NCBI RefSeq assembly: GCF_000142905.1
Contig: NW_013657678.1
Location: 372,001 to 436,000 of the forward strand
From: Thecamonas trahens ATCC 50062
Lineage: Eukaryota; Protista; Apusomonadida
DNA length: 64,000 nt
Reading direction: 5' to 3'
This document shows, piece by piece, positions 22,319-33,161 of the stretch (the first letter of the stretch is position 1; each line of letters opens with the position of its first letter). The notes beneath the pieces are model-generated. The model saw nothing but the letters and a program-made list of their open reading frames with translations, made no database searches and was not told the origin of the DNA. The translations under genes were made by a program, and so were the position numbers.

Positions 22319-23383
22319 ATGGCCGGTGAGGATCTAGAGACACGGTGGAATGTGCAGCTAGTGTTGTTCTCGTACTTTGCTGCGGTGTTTGGCTCGGCGT
22401 CGTGCATTCTATTTGTTGACGAGGCGGTGAGGAGCACGAGCCAGCGGCGAAGCATGCTGCTACTTGTGGGCGCGTCGCTGGTGTTTGGGGTGTGCGGGGT
22501 GTGGAGCATGCACTTTCTGGGCATGGCTGCGCTGGAGATCGGCGATCGCAAAGTCACGTTTGATCCGTTGCTCACGACGCTGTCGGCCTTTGCGCCGCTC
22601 GCCTTTGTCTTTCCTTCGCTCTACATCACGCTGGTGGGCCTTAACAACCACCGGCGGCTCGACGCGGCCGGTAGAGCGCGAAGCCAGAGCGTGGTGAGAC
22701 CGATGCGGCGGGGCGCATCGTCGTCGCGGATGACGGCCACTGTGGCTAGCATGCACACCACGCTGCGCAATGTGGTTGCCAACGCGCCGTACATGGCCGG
22801 CGGTGCGGTCATGCTCGGCTCGGGCGTTGGCGTCATGCACTACACCGGAATGGCAGCGATCGAGGTTGAGGGCGCGCGGCTAATCTTTAATCCTGTCTTT
22901 ATCGTGTTGTGTGTCTTGGTTGCTGTTGCAGTCTCATTTATCGGCCTCTCGATTGTCTTCTTTGTGCCGTACGCCTTTCTCCGCTTTGCGGCCTCGTTTG
23001 TTGTCGGTGGCGCCGTTTGCTGCGCCCACTACACCGGCATGATGGGTGTGACATACCGGTCGATCCGCGCAATCCCGTACTCGGCCACGGCTGATCTCGA
23101 GCATACCAACGACGCGCTTCGCCTCTCGTTGGTGGTCATCATTGTGTTCTCTTGCATCCGCTTCCTCGCCGAGTCGGTCCTGCACTACTTGGTTGTGCGC
23201 GAGCGCGAGGATCAGGATCTGGCGCTGGAGCGGCTGTTGGCTCTCGCCAAGGATACGCGGTCTGCTGACGCCAGCTCGCCGATGAATCGGTCACGGGCAC
23301 CGTCAGGAGCCGACCAGCTCCCGACACCTGGAGGAGGTGTCGGCACACGACGGAGCGTCGCCATGGAGCTGGGCGAGATGTAG
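22319..23383 (+). CDS. stand-alone MHYT-domain integral membrane protein
   Basis: Three motifs (WSMHFLGM, VMHYTGM, AHYTGM), each between TM helices. Confidence 0.9.
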   Translation: MAGEDLETRWNVQLVLFSYFAAVFGSASCILFVDEAVRSTSQRRSMLLLVGASLVFGVCGVWSMHFLGMAALEIGDRKVTFDPLLTTLSAFAPLAFVFPSLYITLVGLNNHRRLDAAGRARSQSVVRPMRRGASSSRMTATVASMHTTLRNVVANAPYMAGGAVMLGSGVGVMHYTGMAAIEVEGARLIFNPVFIVLCVLVAVAVSFIGLSIVFFVPYAFLRFAASFVVGGAVCCAHYTGMMGVTYRSIRAIPYSATADLEHTNDALRLSLVVIIVFSCIRFLAESVLHYLVVREREDQDLALERLLALAKDTRSADASSPMNRSRAPSGADQLPTPGGGVGTRRSVAMELGEM

Positions 23384-24243
23384 CCGTTGCAAAATTAACA
23401 AGGGCAATGATGATGTGGGTCAGGGTCGTGGCCGGAGCAAAAGTTGGGGGTGGATGGTGGAAACCATGGATGCGATTGCAGCGTCGGAGTGTTGCGCTTG
23501 CGCCGTTTTGCGGGCGCTCACGCGAGTGGGGTTTGGTGCCTGAGCTTGAGCTCTGAAGGCGAAGACGGTAAACAGTTCGGATCCGTGGGCCCGGGCCGTG
23601 TCGTGGATATGACGCCTGCTCCGGGACCCGCACGGGCCGAGGGATGTTTGGTGTGTCTGCGTGTAGTTTCAACTCTTCCGCCGAAGAGCAGAGGCGCACC
23701 GAGTCGAGACACGGCGCGCCGACGATGTAGCATGGCTAGTAAACGGACGTTTCTCCTATGAATCTTCGCTTATTCCAGATCATGGTGAAGATGTTCAGTG
23801 AAGCTCTCGAAGTATCCGTCCGCCTAGCCTTGCCGCGACACACCAACATCCCTGTGCAGCCCTGCGAGTCAGTGCAGTGCGCCGCGATGGGAGTGCGGTT
23901 GCGGGTGACGTTATGCGCAATGGTCATGATTGTCATCCAACTATAGCCAGCCACCGGCACATTGTTATTCACTGCTCGCCATCCGTTGCCGCTCTCGCAG
24001 TGGGTTGCGATGTCTGAGGTCAGCGCTGTGCGAGAGCAGACCTGTGGCCTTGGTGAGGGTTATCGCTGGCGGGAGCGGGGTTGGAAGATGGTGGAAGGTT
24101 CCACCGCCTGGGTCGAATGGAACGAGCGCGCGAGCGAACGAACGGGTCGAGTCGAGACTGGCGGTGGCGCGCCAGTTGAGCTCGCGCAAATAGCGTCGGC
24201 TGACTGACTGTTTCTCACTTTTCACACTCCTCTTTGGTCCGTC

Positions 24244-25372
24244 ATGGTGCAGCGTGTCACGTACCGTCGCCGTCTTTCGTACAACACCAAGTCCAACCGC
24301 ACGCGGGTGTACGTTATCTAGGGAGGACTAGAGAGGGGAGAGCGAGAGGCGAGCGCCACGTTACAGTCTGTGTCGCCTTGCCTGCCCTAGCCTGTCCCGC
24401 AGCCTGGAGGACGTGGCCGTCTACAGCGCCTGGGATGCTGTGTCGGAATTTGTATGCCTCGCCCAGTTACTCACCACCTCATACGCTCTGCGCTCCCCTC
24501 ATTCCTTTCACAGCGTCAAGACCCCCGGTGGCCGGCTTGTGGTCCACTACATGAAGAAGAAGCCGAAGGGCGTCTCGTGCGGTGACTGCGGTGTTCAGCT
24601 CCATGGTGTACGTCACAACTCTTGCCCGTCTGCGTGATCCGATGGCTGCCCGCCTCTTGGCTCTTTCCCCCCCTCCCCTCCTCCCCCAGCTCTTTCCTCC
24701 CCGCCTACCCTGTCCTCTGTTGCTGCGCACCTTCTCCGCTGCCTGTTTGCGCCTTTACTATCCGTCTGCTTTGGCAGGCAGTGCTTGGTCTGAGGCTTGT
24801 GCGCGGTAGGCGAGGCCGGGCGTTGCGGCACCGTCGTCGATTATTGTGTGTTGGTTCGAGTGGAGGTCGGATGCCTTGGTCGGCCTCTCTGGTCCTCTTG
24901 CTCCTCTGAAGCCGCCGCGCCCTCTCGCGGGCAACGGCCTCTATCTGCATGCATGGCTGTTCGCGGTCTCGTCGTCGCTTCTGTTTTGAGCAGGCATGCA
25001 GGTCGGCGTGCGGCAGCCAGGCCAATGATGGTGGTTGACGGGGTTTTTGCCGGTGTCGGCCTCTTCTTCCCCCTCCCCCCTTCCCCCCTCTTTCTCCGCA
25101 CACACTCACATATTTTCCTCTCTCTGTCACCACAGGTCAAGTGCATGCGTGGCATGCAGCAGTCCCGCGCTGCCAAGAGCGACCTCTCGGTCAACCGCGC
25201 CTACGGTGGCTCGCGCTGCCCGGGCTGCGTCCGCTCGCGCATCACCCGCGCCTTCCTTGTGGAGGAGCAGAAGATCGTGAAGCGCGTGCTCAAGGCCGCG
25301 GCTGCCAAGGAGGCCGCCAAGGCCAAGAAGAAGGCCAAGAAGGCCAAGAAGAAGACCAAGTCGAAGAAGTAA
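24244..25372 (+). CDS. RPL34: 60S ribosomal protein L34 (eL34); exons 24244-24308, 24514-24607, 25136-25372
   Basis: Spliced product [31 protein letters not shown]...CGDCG...[35 protein letters not shown] donors and CACAG acceptors preserve the frame. Confidence 0.96.
24309..24513 (+). other. spliceosomal intron 1 of RPL34
   Basis: GTACGT donor, TACTCAC branch-like site near 24468, CAG acceptor. Confidence 0.9.
24608..25135 (+). other. spliceosomal intron 2 of RPL34
   Basis: GTACGT donor, CACTCAC near 25103, pyrimidine tract, CAG acceptor. Confidence 0.9.
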
Positions 25373-25463
25373 AGCAGCACTGTGCGCCTTGAGAAGACCC
25401 GTCGCAATGTGGGGGGGGGGGTTGGCATCGCTCGGGGGAGAAGGGCGCTTGCTCGATCACTCT

Positions 25464-27947
25464 CTACGCATTTAGCATGGTCATGTTGTAGAGATCACGA
25501 GGAAAGATGGGCTCGTTGTGCGGCGGGAAGAGGCACGGCGCGATGAACTCGCGGGTCCACTTGAACTCGTCGAGCAGTTTGTCGAGGAGGTGGGTGACGT
25601 TGAGGGCGATACCCTCGCCGAGCGCGGTGTCGACCGGGTTTTGGATGTTGAGGAAGCACGGCGAGAGGACAGCGGGCTCGGCATCGAGGGCGACGGCGTA
25701 GTCGCGCCAAAAGTAGTAGCCCGAGTGTGCAGTCCACACGTAGCCAAAGTTGTAGACTGTGACCGGGTATGCGCCCCAAAAGGCGATGCGATCGAGCGGG
25801 ACGCGGTACGCGGCTTCGCGCGCGCGGATATTGGTCATCGCTGTCTCGAGCGCAGCCTCGGCCGTCGCCAGCCGCGCAGCCCGCCAGGCCTTGTCCTTGG
25901 ACCAGTAGTGCGCATAGTCATAGAGGGCGTAGACCTGAGCGGCGCGCGCGGCAAGAACTCGTGACGATTGGACCAGCTCGTTGTACATGGGCAGCGCGCG
26001 GGCAGGGATAGCGTCCGCGAGCTGCTCCAGTTCAACAACGAGCTCGCCAAAGGTAGTGTTCATGGCGGCGAGCAGCGGCGCGAGGTGCGTTGGGTAGCTG
26101 GAGTCGAGGCGAATGGCCTGCAGGCCGATGCGGTTCGGCTGAGTTGCGAGCGCGTGCTTGGAGAGCGCACCGATGTCTGCAAACGAATCCCAGCCTTCGA
26201 GGTACGCCTGGCCGTTGGCTTTGACCACCGACGCATCATTACCGTCAAAGATGTGCCCGGTGACGTTGCCGTAGATGAGCAGCTGCGTCTCGGCCTCGAC
26301 CATCGCCATTAGCCACGCGATGACGTCGTCCTGGGCAGAGCCAAACGGCGCGGTCGGGACGCGGAGCGCCTCTGCAAAGGCGGCGTGATCCGAGGCAATG
26401 TCGAGGCTGGGGTCATATGCGGCGCGGGCGACGACTACGTCGTGCAGCCAGTAGCCCCACTCCCAACCCGAGTCAAACACCATTTGGCCGTCGAGGCTTG
26501 GGCTTGACGACGCCAGCCGCCGCAGATCGACCAGTCGGTTGAGGCCGTAGACAGGCAGGAAGAGCGGGACGTCGATGTCATAGTTAACCCAGTACGCCGA
26601 CTCGCAGTGGTACACGACCTCGCGCTCGCCGAGTCCCGCCTGCCACGCCGTGAACGCCTCCATGTATGTAAAGTTCAGATTGCCGTACGTCGGCGCAGGC
26701 TCGTCGAGCGTGTACGTCTGGACGGTGTGCGGCATGATGCCGAGGCGCGAGTCGGCGTAGATGGGCAGAAAGTTAAAGTTGAGCGGCTTGCCTGTCCGCG
26801 GATCGTCAAAGTTCTTACACGTCTGTCCGGTCGAGCAGTGACACTTGATGTACATGCGCTTGCCGTAGGTGTCGGCGATGTAAGCGGTCGCCACATTCAT
26901 CCACGTCAACATGAGCTCGTCATCGGGATGAGTAAACTCCGAGTAGCCATTCTCGGTCGAGATAAAGTCAAAGCCAGCTGCCATAAACCAGTCGATCGAC
27001 GCGTGGATCTGCGCCTCCTGCTCCGCCGCACTTCCGGTATTGTGGACCATCGGCCACGCGTGCTGCTGGATCTCGGCAATCGGAACGTCGGCGCCGGCTG
27101 CTAGGCCCCACGAGTGGAGCTCGGCCACAATCGCAGCCAAGCGTGCCTGCCGGGTGTTAGAGGTCGCAAACTGGGCCCACTCCTGCGCGTAGAGCACGAC
27201 CCACTCGACCCGGTTCTGCAGATTGGCCACCATCCACTCGCACACGTTGGGAAGCTCGTCGGTGAGCATGTTGTTGAAAGAGGCCTCATCACCAGGCCCC
27301 TTCACGCCAAATCCGTTGAACATGTTGGTTAGCTCGAGCGGATGCATGGTGTGGATGTGGTAGCCGCGGATGCGCAGGTGCCGCTCGTGGACCGCGGCAC
27401 GCACAGCGACTGGCCCGGTGCACGGGCCGAGGCCGAGGCTCGCCACTGACGGCACCGCCGTCACCACTAGCGGATCCAGTGGGTGCAGAAAACCAAAGCC
27501 GAGGAGCTGAAGCAGCTCGTACGCCGCAAAGCCGGCTCCGCCGCCGCCATGGGTCAGCTTGCCTTCATCGGCCATGCCTGACCCGACCAGGACTGCCACC
27601 TCGCCGGCAGCGCATCCGCGAGCGACGTAGCCCTCCGGCCCGAGCCCCGCCGCCGCCGCTGATCCGTTGTACGCCTTGACAACGTCGAGCTCGCCGACAG
27701 CCACCACCACCGCTCCGGCCGGGAGCAAAGTCGGATTCACGCTCTCGCTCGCAGGCACCACCTGCAGCTCATGCGTCGCCACACTACCCAGGAGCGCAGT
27801 CATTCGCTTGGCCACCCGCGGCAACACCGAGTCGTCCACCTGCAGCATAAGCGGTGGCAGCGAAGCTGAGCTTGCATCACCCGCCGCCGCTGCCACCAGC
27901 GCCAGCAATGCGCCCAGGACGAGGGCAAAGAGAGCCGAGCGAACCAT
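25464..27947 (-). CDS. secreted uncharacterised protein (~827 aa), putative glycoside-hydrolase-like (GH20/GH67-type N domain plus TIM barrel)
   Basis: Signal MVRSALFALVLGALL; LGPEGYV...FAAYELLQLLGFGFLHP resembles the N domain of GH20/67/115 enzymes, followed by RIRGYHIHTMHP and aromatic/acidic motifs (STENGYSEF, ESAYWVNYDIDVPLFLP). Confidence 0.75.
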   Translation of the reverse strand: MVRSALFALVLGALLALVAAAAGDASSASLPPLMLQVDDSVLPRVAKRMTALLGSVATHELQVVPASESVNPTLLPAGAVVVAVGELDVVKAYNGSAAAAGLGPEGYVARGCAAGEVAVLVGSGMADEGKLTHGGGGAGFAAYELLQLLGFGFLHPLDPLVVTAVPSVASLGLGPCTGPVAVRAAVHERHLRIRGYHIHTMHPLELTNMFNGFGVKGPGDEASFNNMLTDELPNVCEWMVANLQNRVEWVVLYAQEWAQFATSNTRQARLAAIVAELHSWGLAAGADVPIAEIQQHAWPMVHNTGSAAEQEAQIHASIDWFMAAGFDFISTENGYSEFTHPDDELMLTWMNVATAYIADTYGKRMYIKCHCSTGQTCKNFDDPRTGKPLNFNFLPIYADSRLGIMPHTVQTYTLDEPAPTYGNLNFTYMEAFTAWQAGLGEREVVYHCESAYWVNYDIDVPLFLPVYGLNRLVDLRRLASSSPSLDGQMVFDSGWEWGYWLHDVVVARAAYDPSLDIASDHAAFAEALRVPTAPFGSAQDDVIAWLMAMVEAETQLLIYGNVTGHIFDGNDASVVKANGQAYLEGWDSFADIGALSKHALATQPNRIGLQAIRLDSSYPTHLAPLLAAMNTTFGELVVELEQLADAIPARALPMYNELVQSSRVLAARAAQVYALYDYAHYWSKDKAWRAARLATAEAALETAMTNIRAREAAYRVPLDRIAFWGAYPVTVYNFGYVWTAHSGYYFWRDYAVALDAEPAVLSPCFLNIQNPVDTALGEGIALNVTHLLDKLLDEFKWTREFIAPCLFPPHNEPIFPRDLYNMTMLNA

Positions 27948-28550
27948 GGGAAGGAGGGAGCGGGAGAGAGAGGGAGAGAGAGCGAGCCAGCGAGCAAGAG
28001 AGAGAGAGAGAGCAAGCGCCAGCGAGACAGACAAGGGCAAGAGGCGACTCTAGTGTCTCGGTCTGTGACCAAGGTGAGTACTACGGGTGCTGGTGTTGGT
28101 GCGGGGACGGGTGCAGGTACGGGTGGGGGGGGCCAGGGCGTGTGACTGCGCGCGTGAGTGCTCTTTCGACAGTTTTGTCGGCGTGCCGCAGGCAGCTTCC
28201 CCCACATTCCCATTTTACCGCAGGCCAACATACATCGAGCCGTCGCGGATGGTTGCCTTAGCTCCAAGCTTGTCACGACGCAACAGCGTTGGGACTGTAG
28301 CAAAGCCCACTGATGCAGTGTGTGTCCCTTGGAACGATGGGGATCGGGTCGGGCAGGGGGGGGGGGGGGGAGGGGGTGCGGTTTGAACCGTTGGTTAGTT
28401 GTCGGTCACGGCTGTCGGCTTTCAATCAGCAACAATGGCCGGCGGTGATGACCGTCTCAGCACGTCACACGCCCGTCATCCATTGCGGCCAAAGCAGAAT
28501 CGAGGCCGCCTTCGCTCTCCCCCCCAGCAAGCGACAACTCGACTCCAAAC

Positions 28551-31208
28551 ATGGTAAGCATGACGGCAAGAGGCACCACGGCCAGCCGCATACCACGCCC
28601 ACCATCTACCCCATCCCCTTCCTTGTTCCAAATTCATTCCCCCCCGCTTGTGCGCGTTCCGCTGCTATGGTCGGCACCTGTGCCGTCGAGGAGCCCGGCT
28701 CGGATGGCGCGGATGGTGGGTGTTCCGAAAACGGGCATTGCCGCCGTCCCTCGCGCCGTCCCTCGCGCCGTCCCTCGCGCCGTCCCTCGCGCCGTCCCTC
28801 GCGCCGTCCCTCGCGCCGTCCCTCGCGCCGTCCCTCGTGCCGTCCCTCACTCAACCACCGTACTCACCCTCCCCTACCTCCACGGCTTGCAGTCTTATGT
28901 GCCCCCTGCTCTCCGCAACCGCAACCGCGGTGCGGCCACCAACTCGGCCAAGCCGGCCAACCCTCCGCCGGCGCCGGCAGCCGACTCTTCCGGCCCGTCG
29001 CTCCCGCCCAACACTGCAGCCCCTGTGGCGGCTTTGACTTCGTCGGCGCCGTCGCGGTGGGCCGACTCGATCGCTGCGCCGCTGGCTCCTGTGGAGCCTG
29101 TGGCGGCGGTGGCGGCCGACGCCGCGCCGACGACCTCGTCGGCGGCGACCGACAACAACAACAAGACTTCCACTTCCGAGGCGGCAGCGGCTCCGGACGC
29201 GTCACGCGCGCCCGCGGCTGCCGAAGGCGGCCGCGGCTTTGGTGACCGCGGCGGCGACCGCGGTGGCGACCGCGGCGGCGACCGGCGCAGCGGCTGGGGC
29301 GGCGACCGCGGCGGCGACCGTGGCGGCTACGGCGGCGACCGGCGCAGTGGCTGGGGCGGCGACCGCGGTGACCGCGGCGACCGTGGCGGCTACGGAGGCG
29401 ACCGGCGTGGCGACCGCGGTGGCTACCGCGGTGGTGACCGCGGCGGCGACCGTGGCGGCGACCGCGGCGACCGCGGCGGCGACCGCGGATACGGATTCGG
29501 TGGGCGCCCGGCGCCGTCTGCAAACAACGACCGGCTCCGTGGTTGGGGACGCGATGGTCCTGCTGACGCTCCGCGTGACCGCGGTTACGGGCGTGAGTCG
29601 GGCTACGGCGGCCGGATGTACTCGCGCGGTGGGCGTGGGCGGTCGGGCCCGGTGCGCGACCCGCTTGGCAAGCCGCGTGACGTCCTGCTTTCGCGGTCGT
29701 CGCGGCTCGAGGAGGAGCTGTTTGGGACCGAGGCCGAGCGCGCCGAGCGCGGCGTCTCGTCGTCGGCCATCGACTTTGACGCCTACGAAGACATTCCGGT
29801 CGAGGCGACTGGACGCGACGTGCCCGAGCCCGGACACACCTTTGAGGAGCTCGAACTCGGCGTGGTCCTCTCCAACGTCGTCTCGCTCATGGGCTACTCC
29901 AAGCCGACGCCGGTGCAGCGCCACGCGGTGACCATTGCCAACGCCGGCCGTGACATCATGGCGTGTGCGCAGACCGGCTCCGGCAAGACCGCCGCCTTTC
30001 TCATGCCTGTCATCAAGCGGCTGCTTCTCGACGGGCCGACATACCCCGACGAGCCGGCCAAGACTGGCCGCCGTATGAAGGCCTACCCCAACGCGCTCTG
30101 CCTCGCACCTGTCCGCGAGCTCGCGTGCCAGATCTTCGAGGAGGCTCGCAAGTTTACCTACCGGTCCTCGCTCCGTGTTCGCGTGTTTTACGGCGGCGCG
30201 CCCATGGGCGAGCAGCTCCGTGAGATGGAGAAGGGCTGCGACATTATCATCGGCACGCCCGGTCGTGTCATCGACCTCATCGAGCGTGGGCGCGCGTCGA
30301 TGAAGTTCATCTCGTTCCTCATCCTCGATGAGGCCGACCGCATGCTCGACATGGGCTTTGAGCCGCAGATCCGCACCATCGTCGAAGACTCGGGCATGCC
30401 GCCTCCGGGTGAGCGCCAGACCCTGCTGTTCTCAGCCACTTTTGCCCGCGAGATCCAGCAGCTCGCTGCCGACTTTCTGGACGACTACGTCTTCCTCCGC
30501 GTCGGCCGCGTCGGCTCGTCGGCCGGCCTTGTCGAGCAGCGCGTCGAGCTTGTCGAGCCGCGCGACAAGCGCGACTTTGTCGTCGACCTCATCTCGGCCG
30601 TCCCCGGGCTCACCCTCGTCTTTGTCGAGACCAAGCGTGGCTGTGACGCGCTCGAGGACTTCCTCTACGAGGCTGGCTTGCCGTCAACCTCGATCCACGG
30701 CGACCGCGACCAGCGTGAGCGCGAGGAGGCACTGCGCTCGTTCCGCTCGGGCCGAACCCCGGTCCTCGTTGCCACCGACGTCGCCTCGCGTGGCCTCGAC
30801 ATCCCCAACGTCACCCACGTCATCAACTTTGACCTGCCCAACTCGATCGACGACTACGTCCACCGCATCGGCCGTACTGGCCGTGCCGGCAAGAAGGGCA
30901 TTGCCACCGCTCTCTTTACCCAGAAGGATGCCAAGCTCGCCAACGACCTCATCGAGAACATGGAGGAGCATGAGGATAACGTCATTCCCTCGTGGCTTCG
31001 TTCCTTTGGCCGCTCGCGCGGCTACGGCGGCGGCCGCTCGCGCGGCTCGCGCTTTGGTGGCTCCGACTTCCGCCGCTCCAAGGGCGGCGGCGGTGGCCGC
31101 TCGCGTGGCTACGGCGGCGACCGCGGCGGCGACCGCGGCGGCGACCGCGGCGGCGACCGCGGCTTTGGCGGTGGTTTTGGCGGCGGCGACCGTGGTGGCC
31201 GCTGGTGA
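28551..31208 (+). CDS. DED1: DEAD-box RNA helicase DED1/DDX3; exons 28551-28553 and 28893-31208
   Basis: Spliced N-terminus [11 protein letters not shown] (DDX3/Ded1 YxPPxLR motif); [23 protein letters not shown]; RGG/GGDR low-complexity tails. Confidence 0.95.
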   Translation: MVSMTARGTTASRIPRPPSTPSPSLFQIHSPPLVRVPLLWSAPVPSRSPARMARMVGVPKTGIAAVPRAVPRAVPRAVPRAVPRAVPRAVPRAVPRAVPHSTTVLTLPYLHGLQSYVPPALRNRNRGAATNSAKPANPPPAPAADSSGPSLPPNTAAPVAALTSSAPSRWADSIAAPLAPVEPVAAVAADAAPTTSSAATDNNNKTSTSEAAAAPDASRAPAAAEGGRGFGDRGGDRGGDRGGDRRSGWGGDRGGDRGGYGGDRRSGWGGDRGDRGDRGGYGGDRRGDRGGYRGGDRGGDRGGDRGDRGGDRGYGFGGRPAPSANNDRLRGWGRDGPADAPRDRGYGRESGYGGRMYSRGGRGRSGPVRDPLGKPRDVLLSRSSRLEEELFGTEAERAERGVSSSAIDFDAYEDIPVEATGRDVPEPGHTFEELELGVVLSNVVSLMGYSKPTPVQRHAVTIANAGRDIMACAQTGSGKTAAFLMPVIKRLLLDGPTYPDEPAKTGRRMKAYPNALCLAPVRELACQIFEEARKFTYRSSLRVRVFYGGAPMGEQLREMEKGCDIIIGTPGRVIDLIERGRASMKFISFLILDEADRMLDMGFEPQIRTIVEDSGMPPPGERQTLLFSATFAREIQQLAADFLDDYVFLRVGRVGSSAGLVEQRVELVEPRDKRDFVVDLISAVPGLTLVFVETKRGCDALEDFLYEAGLPSTSIHGDRDQREREEALRSFRSGRTPVLVATDVASRGLDIPNVTHVINFDLPNSIDDYVHRIGRTGRAGKKGIATALFTQKDAKLANDLIENMEEHEDNVIPSWLRSFGRSRGYGGGRSRGSRFGGSDFRRSKGGGGGRSRGYGGDRGGDRGGDRGGDRGFGGGFGGGDRGGRW
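28554..28892 (+). other. intron immediately after the DED1 start codon (339 nt, in frame, stop-free)
   Basis: ATG|GTAAGC donor, TACTCAC at 28861, TTGCAG acceptor. Confidence 0.85.
28742..28849. repeat. 12-bp minisatellite (CGCCGTCCCTCG) x9 inside the DED1 intron
   Basis: Eight perfect units plus one degenerate unit. Confidence 0.95.
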
Positions 31209-31296
31209 GCAACCAAGTATGATTAACAACCCCCCCCCTCCCCCCCTCCTTTCCCCCACTTAGATTGCTCCAGGCAATACGATGGTGTTTAGTTTC

Positions 31297-32739
31297 TCAG
31301 TCCTGCAGGAACTCGATGCCCTCAAACTTGACGTCGCCAAACTTGGTCTCCGGCATCAGCACCTTGCCAGTTTTGACATTAAAGACCATAATGTAAGTCT
31401 CGGCAATACCAGCGTCCTCAACCGATTTGAGGGCAACGGCCTCGTCCGGGAAGCCCGGCACAAAGCGGACGGCTGAGAAGCCGTGCGATGGCACGATCTC
31501 GCCAATGTGGACCGACGACACATCGCCGAGCTTGAACGTCGGCGGAACCGAAAGGACCAGGTTGGAGCCACGGCGCTCGTCCTTGACCTCGTCGTAGGCG
31601 TCGGGTGAGACGCGGCGCGGCAAAAAGTACCACCGGCCGTGCGGCTCGTGCCACATGACGGCCTCGTGAAGGAGATAGCCCGGGTGCTCGGTGCCGGTCG
31701 CCTTGCGCAACAGGCGGTAGTTGTCGCGCCAGTCAACGTGCTCGATGCGCCCCTCAGCATCGATGAGCTTGACCCACATCGGACCCTCGGACGTGATCGA
31801 GCCGTCCTTGTCGTTGACAAACTCCTTGCCAAAGCCGCCCACAAACAGATGCCCGTTCTTCACCGACATCCATTCGCACTTGAGGTTCTTGGACGTCTCG
31901 CCGTCACCCTCGGCTAGGATGTACTTTGGCACTGCCGTGTACGTATACTCGGCTCCGGCGAGCACGGCCTCGAGCTGGTATACCACGCCGGTCCGGTCGT
32001 CGCACGTCCACAGTCCGCCGTTGTACGCCACCAAGGCCGAGAGCTCCATCGACCGCCCACCCACCGCCAGCGATGACTCGATCCGCGACTGGGTCACCCA
32101 CGTCACATCGTACTTCCCGCTCATGCTTCGCGTCAGGCGCCCGATCTTGAGAATCGACGACCACGCGTTGGCCTTTCCCTCCACCTTTGACGCCTGGTCC
32201 ATGTCCGCCACCACGGCAAAGACAAACGAGGCGCTGCCATCGGCCCCGCGTCCGCCGCCATGCCCGAGCGGATACGTGTCATCGTACTTGCCAGACGGCT
32301 TGATCCGCGTCTCGCCGGCAACCAGCACCCCGTCGTCGTCCACCGCCCCGTACCCGCTGCCGCTCCGGCCGTCCTGCTTCCCGCTCCGGCCGACGCCACC
32401 GCTGCCGCCATCCATGCCCTCGCCCGACCCCCCAGCAAGCACATACAGCATGACAAGCGCAAGCGCGACTCCGGCCGCCACCTTGCGCTGCCCGGCGTAC
32501 CGCGCAGAGCTGAACCACGAGTCGTTCCGTGGGTTGAGCATGCCTCTACCACTCTGTCCAAGTGCCGTCTTACCCTCTCCCGTCGCCTCCCCTCCTGCCG
32601 AACGCAGCGCCCATTCGTCGTCGCCGCCGCGCCGACGTGGCGGCCGTCCCCGTCTCACCAACTCGCCCAGCATGTAATCCTGGTCGAAGCCGTTTGGTTC
32701 GCCTGCTCGCTCATCACCATCTACACGTGCCCGACACAT
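31297..32739 (-). CDS. CANT1: calcium-activated nucleotidase / apyrase (type II membrane); start uncertain
   Basis: N-terminal TM; VADMD, GRSMELS, DDRTGVVY, KCEWMSVK, GGFGKE, PGYLLHEA, FLPRR, LKSVE, KFEGIEF. Confidence 0.93.
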   Translation of the reverse strand: MCRARVDGDERAGEPNGFDQDYMLGELVRRGRPPRRRGGDDEWALRSAGGEATGEGKTALGQSGRGMLNPRNDSWFSSARYAGQRKVAAGVALALVMLYVLAGGSGEGMDGGSGGVGRSGKQDGRSGSGYGAVDDDGVLVAGETRIKPSGKYDDTYPLGHGGGRGADGSASFVFAVVADMDQASKVEGKANAWSSILKIGRLTRSMSGKYDVTWVTQSRIESSLAVGGRSMELSALVAYNGGLWTCDDRTGVVYQLEAVLAGAEYTYTAVPKYILAEGDGETSKNLKCEWMSVKNGHLFVGGFGKEFVNDKDGSITSEGPMWVKLIDAEGRIEHVDWRDNYRLLRKATGTEHPGYLLHEAVMWHEPHGRWYFLPRRVSPDAYDEVKDERRGSNLVLSVPPTFKLGDVSSVHIGEIVPSHGFSAVRFVPGFPDEAVALKSVEDAGIAETYIMVFNVKTGKVLMPETKFGDVKFEGIEFLQD

Positions 32740-33161
32740 CACCGGCACTGGTCGCCCATCACCGTATCATGTATCGGGTGACTGGGTGCTTACTAACCCC
32801 GCATCGAGCTACCCAAGCTCTGGCAGTGCCTTGTGCACGGGCGCACCAGCATGCCGCCATTCCTAACATAGCCGGCTTGCCCCGACGATGGTGTCTCCTC
32901 TTTGAGCACTTTATCTTACCGCCCTCCGATCGCCCTCCTTCCCCTCGAGGTGAACGCCCCGATCTGCGGCAGACTGGCACTGACTGAGGCTTGTTCCGGG
33001 TATGCGGGAGCGGGGCGGTGAGCGGGGGCAGCGAGCCATTCGCCCATTCACGGAACCCGAGTCGACGAGCGGCGGCGAACGGGGGAGCAGGAGCAGGAGC
33101 GCGACAGGGAGCAGGGGAACACCTCTCGCTTGCACTTGTTGTCTTCTGGGACAGAAAGAGC

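Noticed and set aside
23407-23556. C/D box snoRNA (ATGATGA...CTGA)
   Set aside because: Boxes are too far apart, there is no terminal stem, and I recognised no rRNA-complementary guide.
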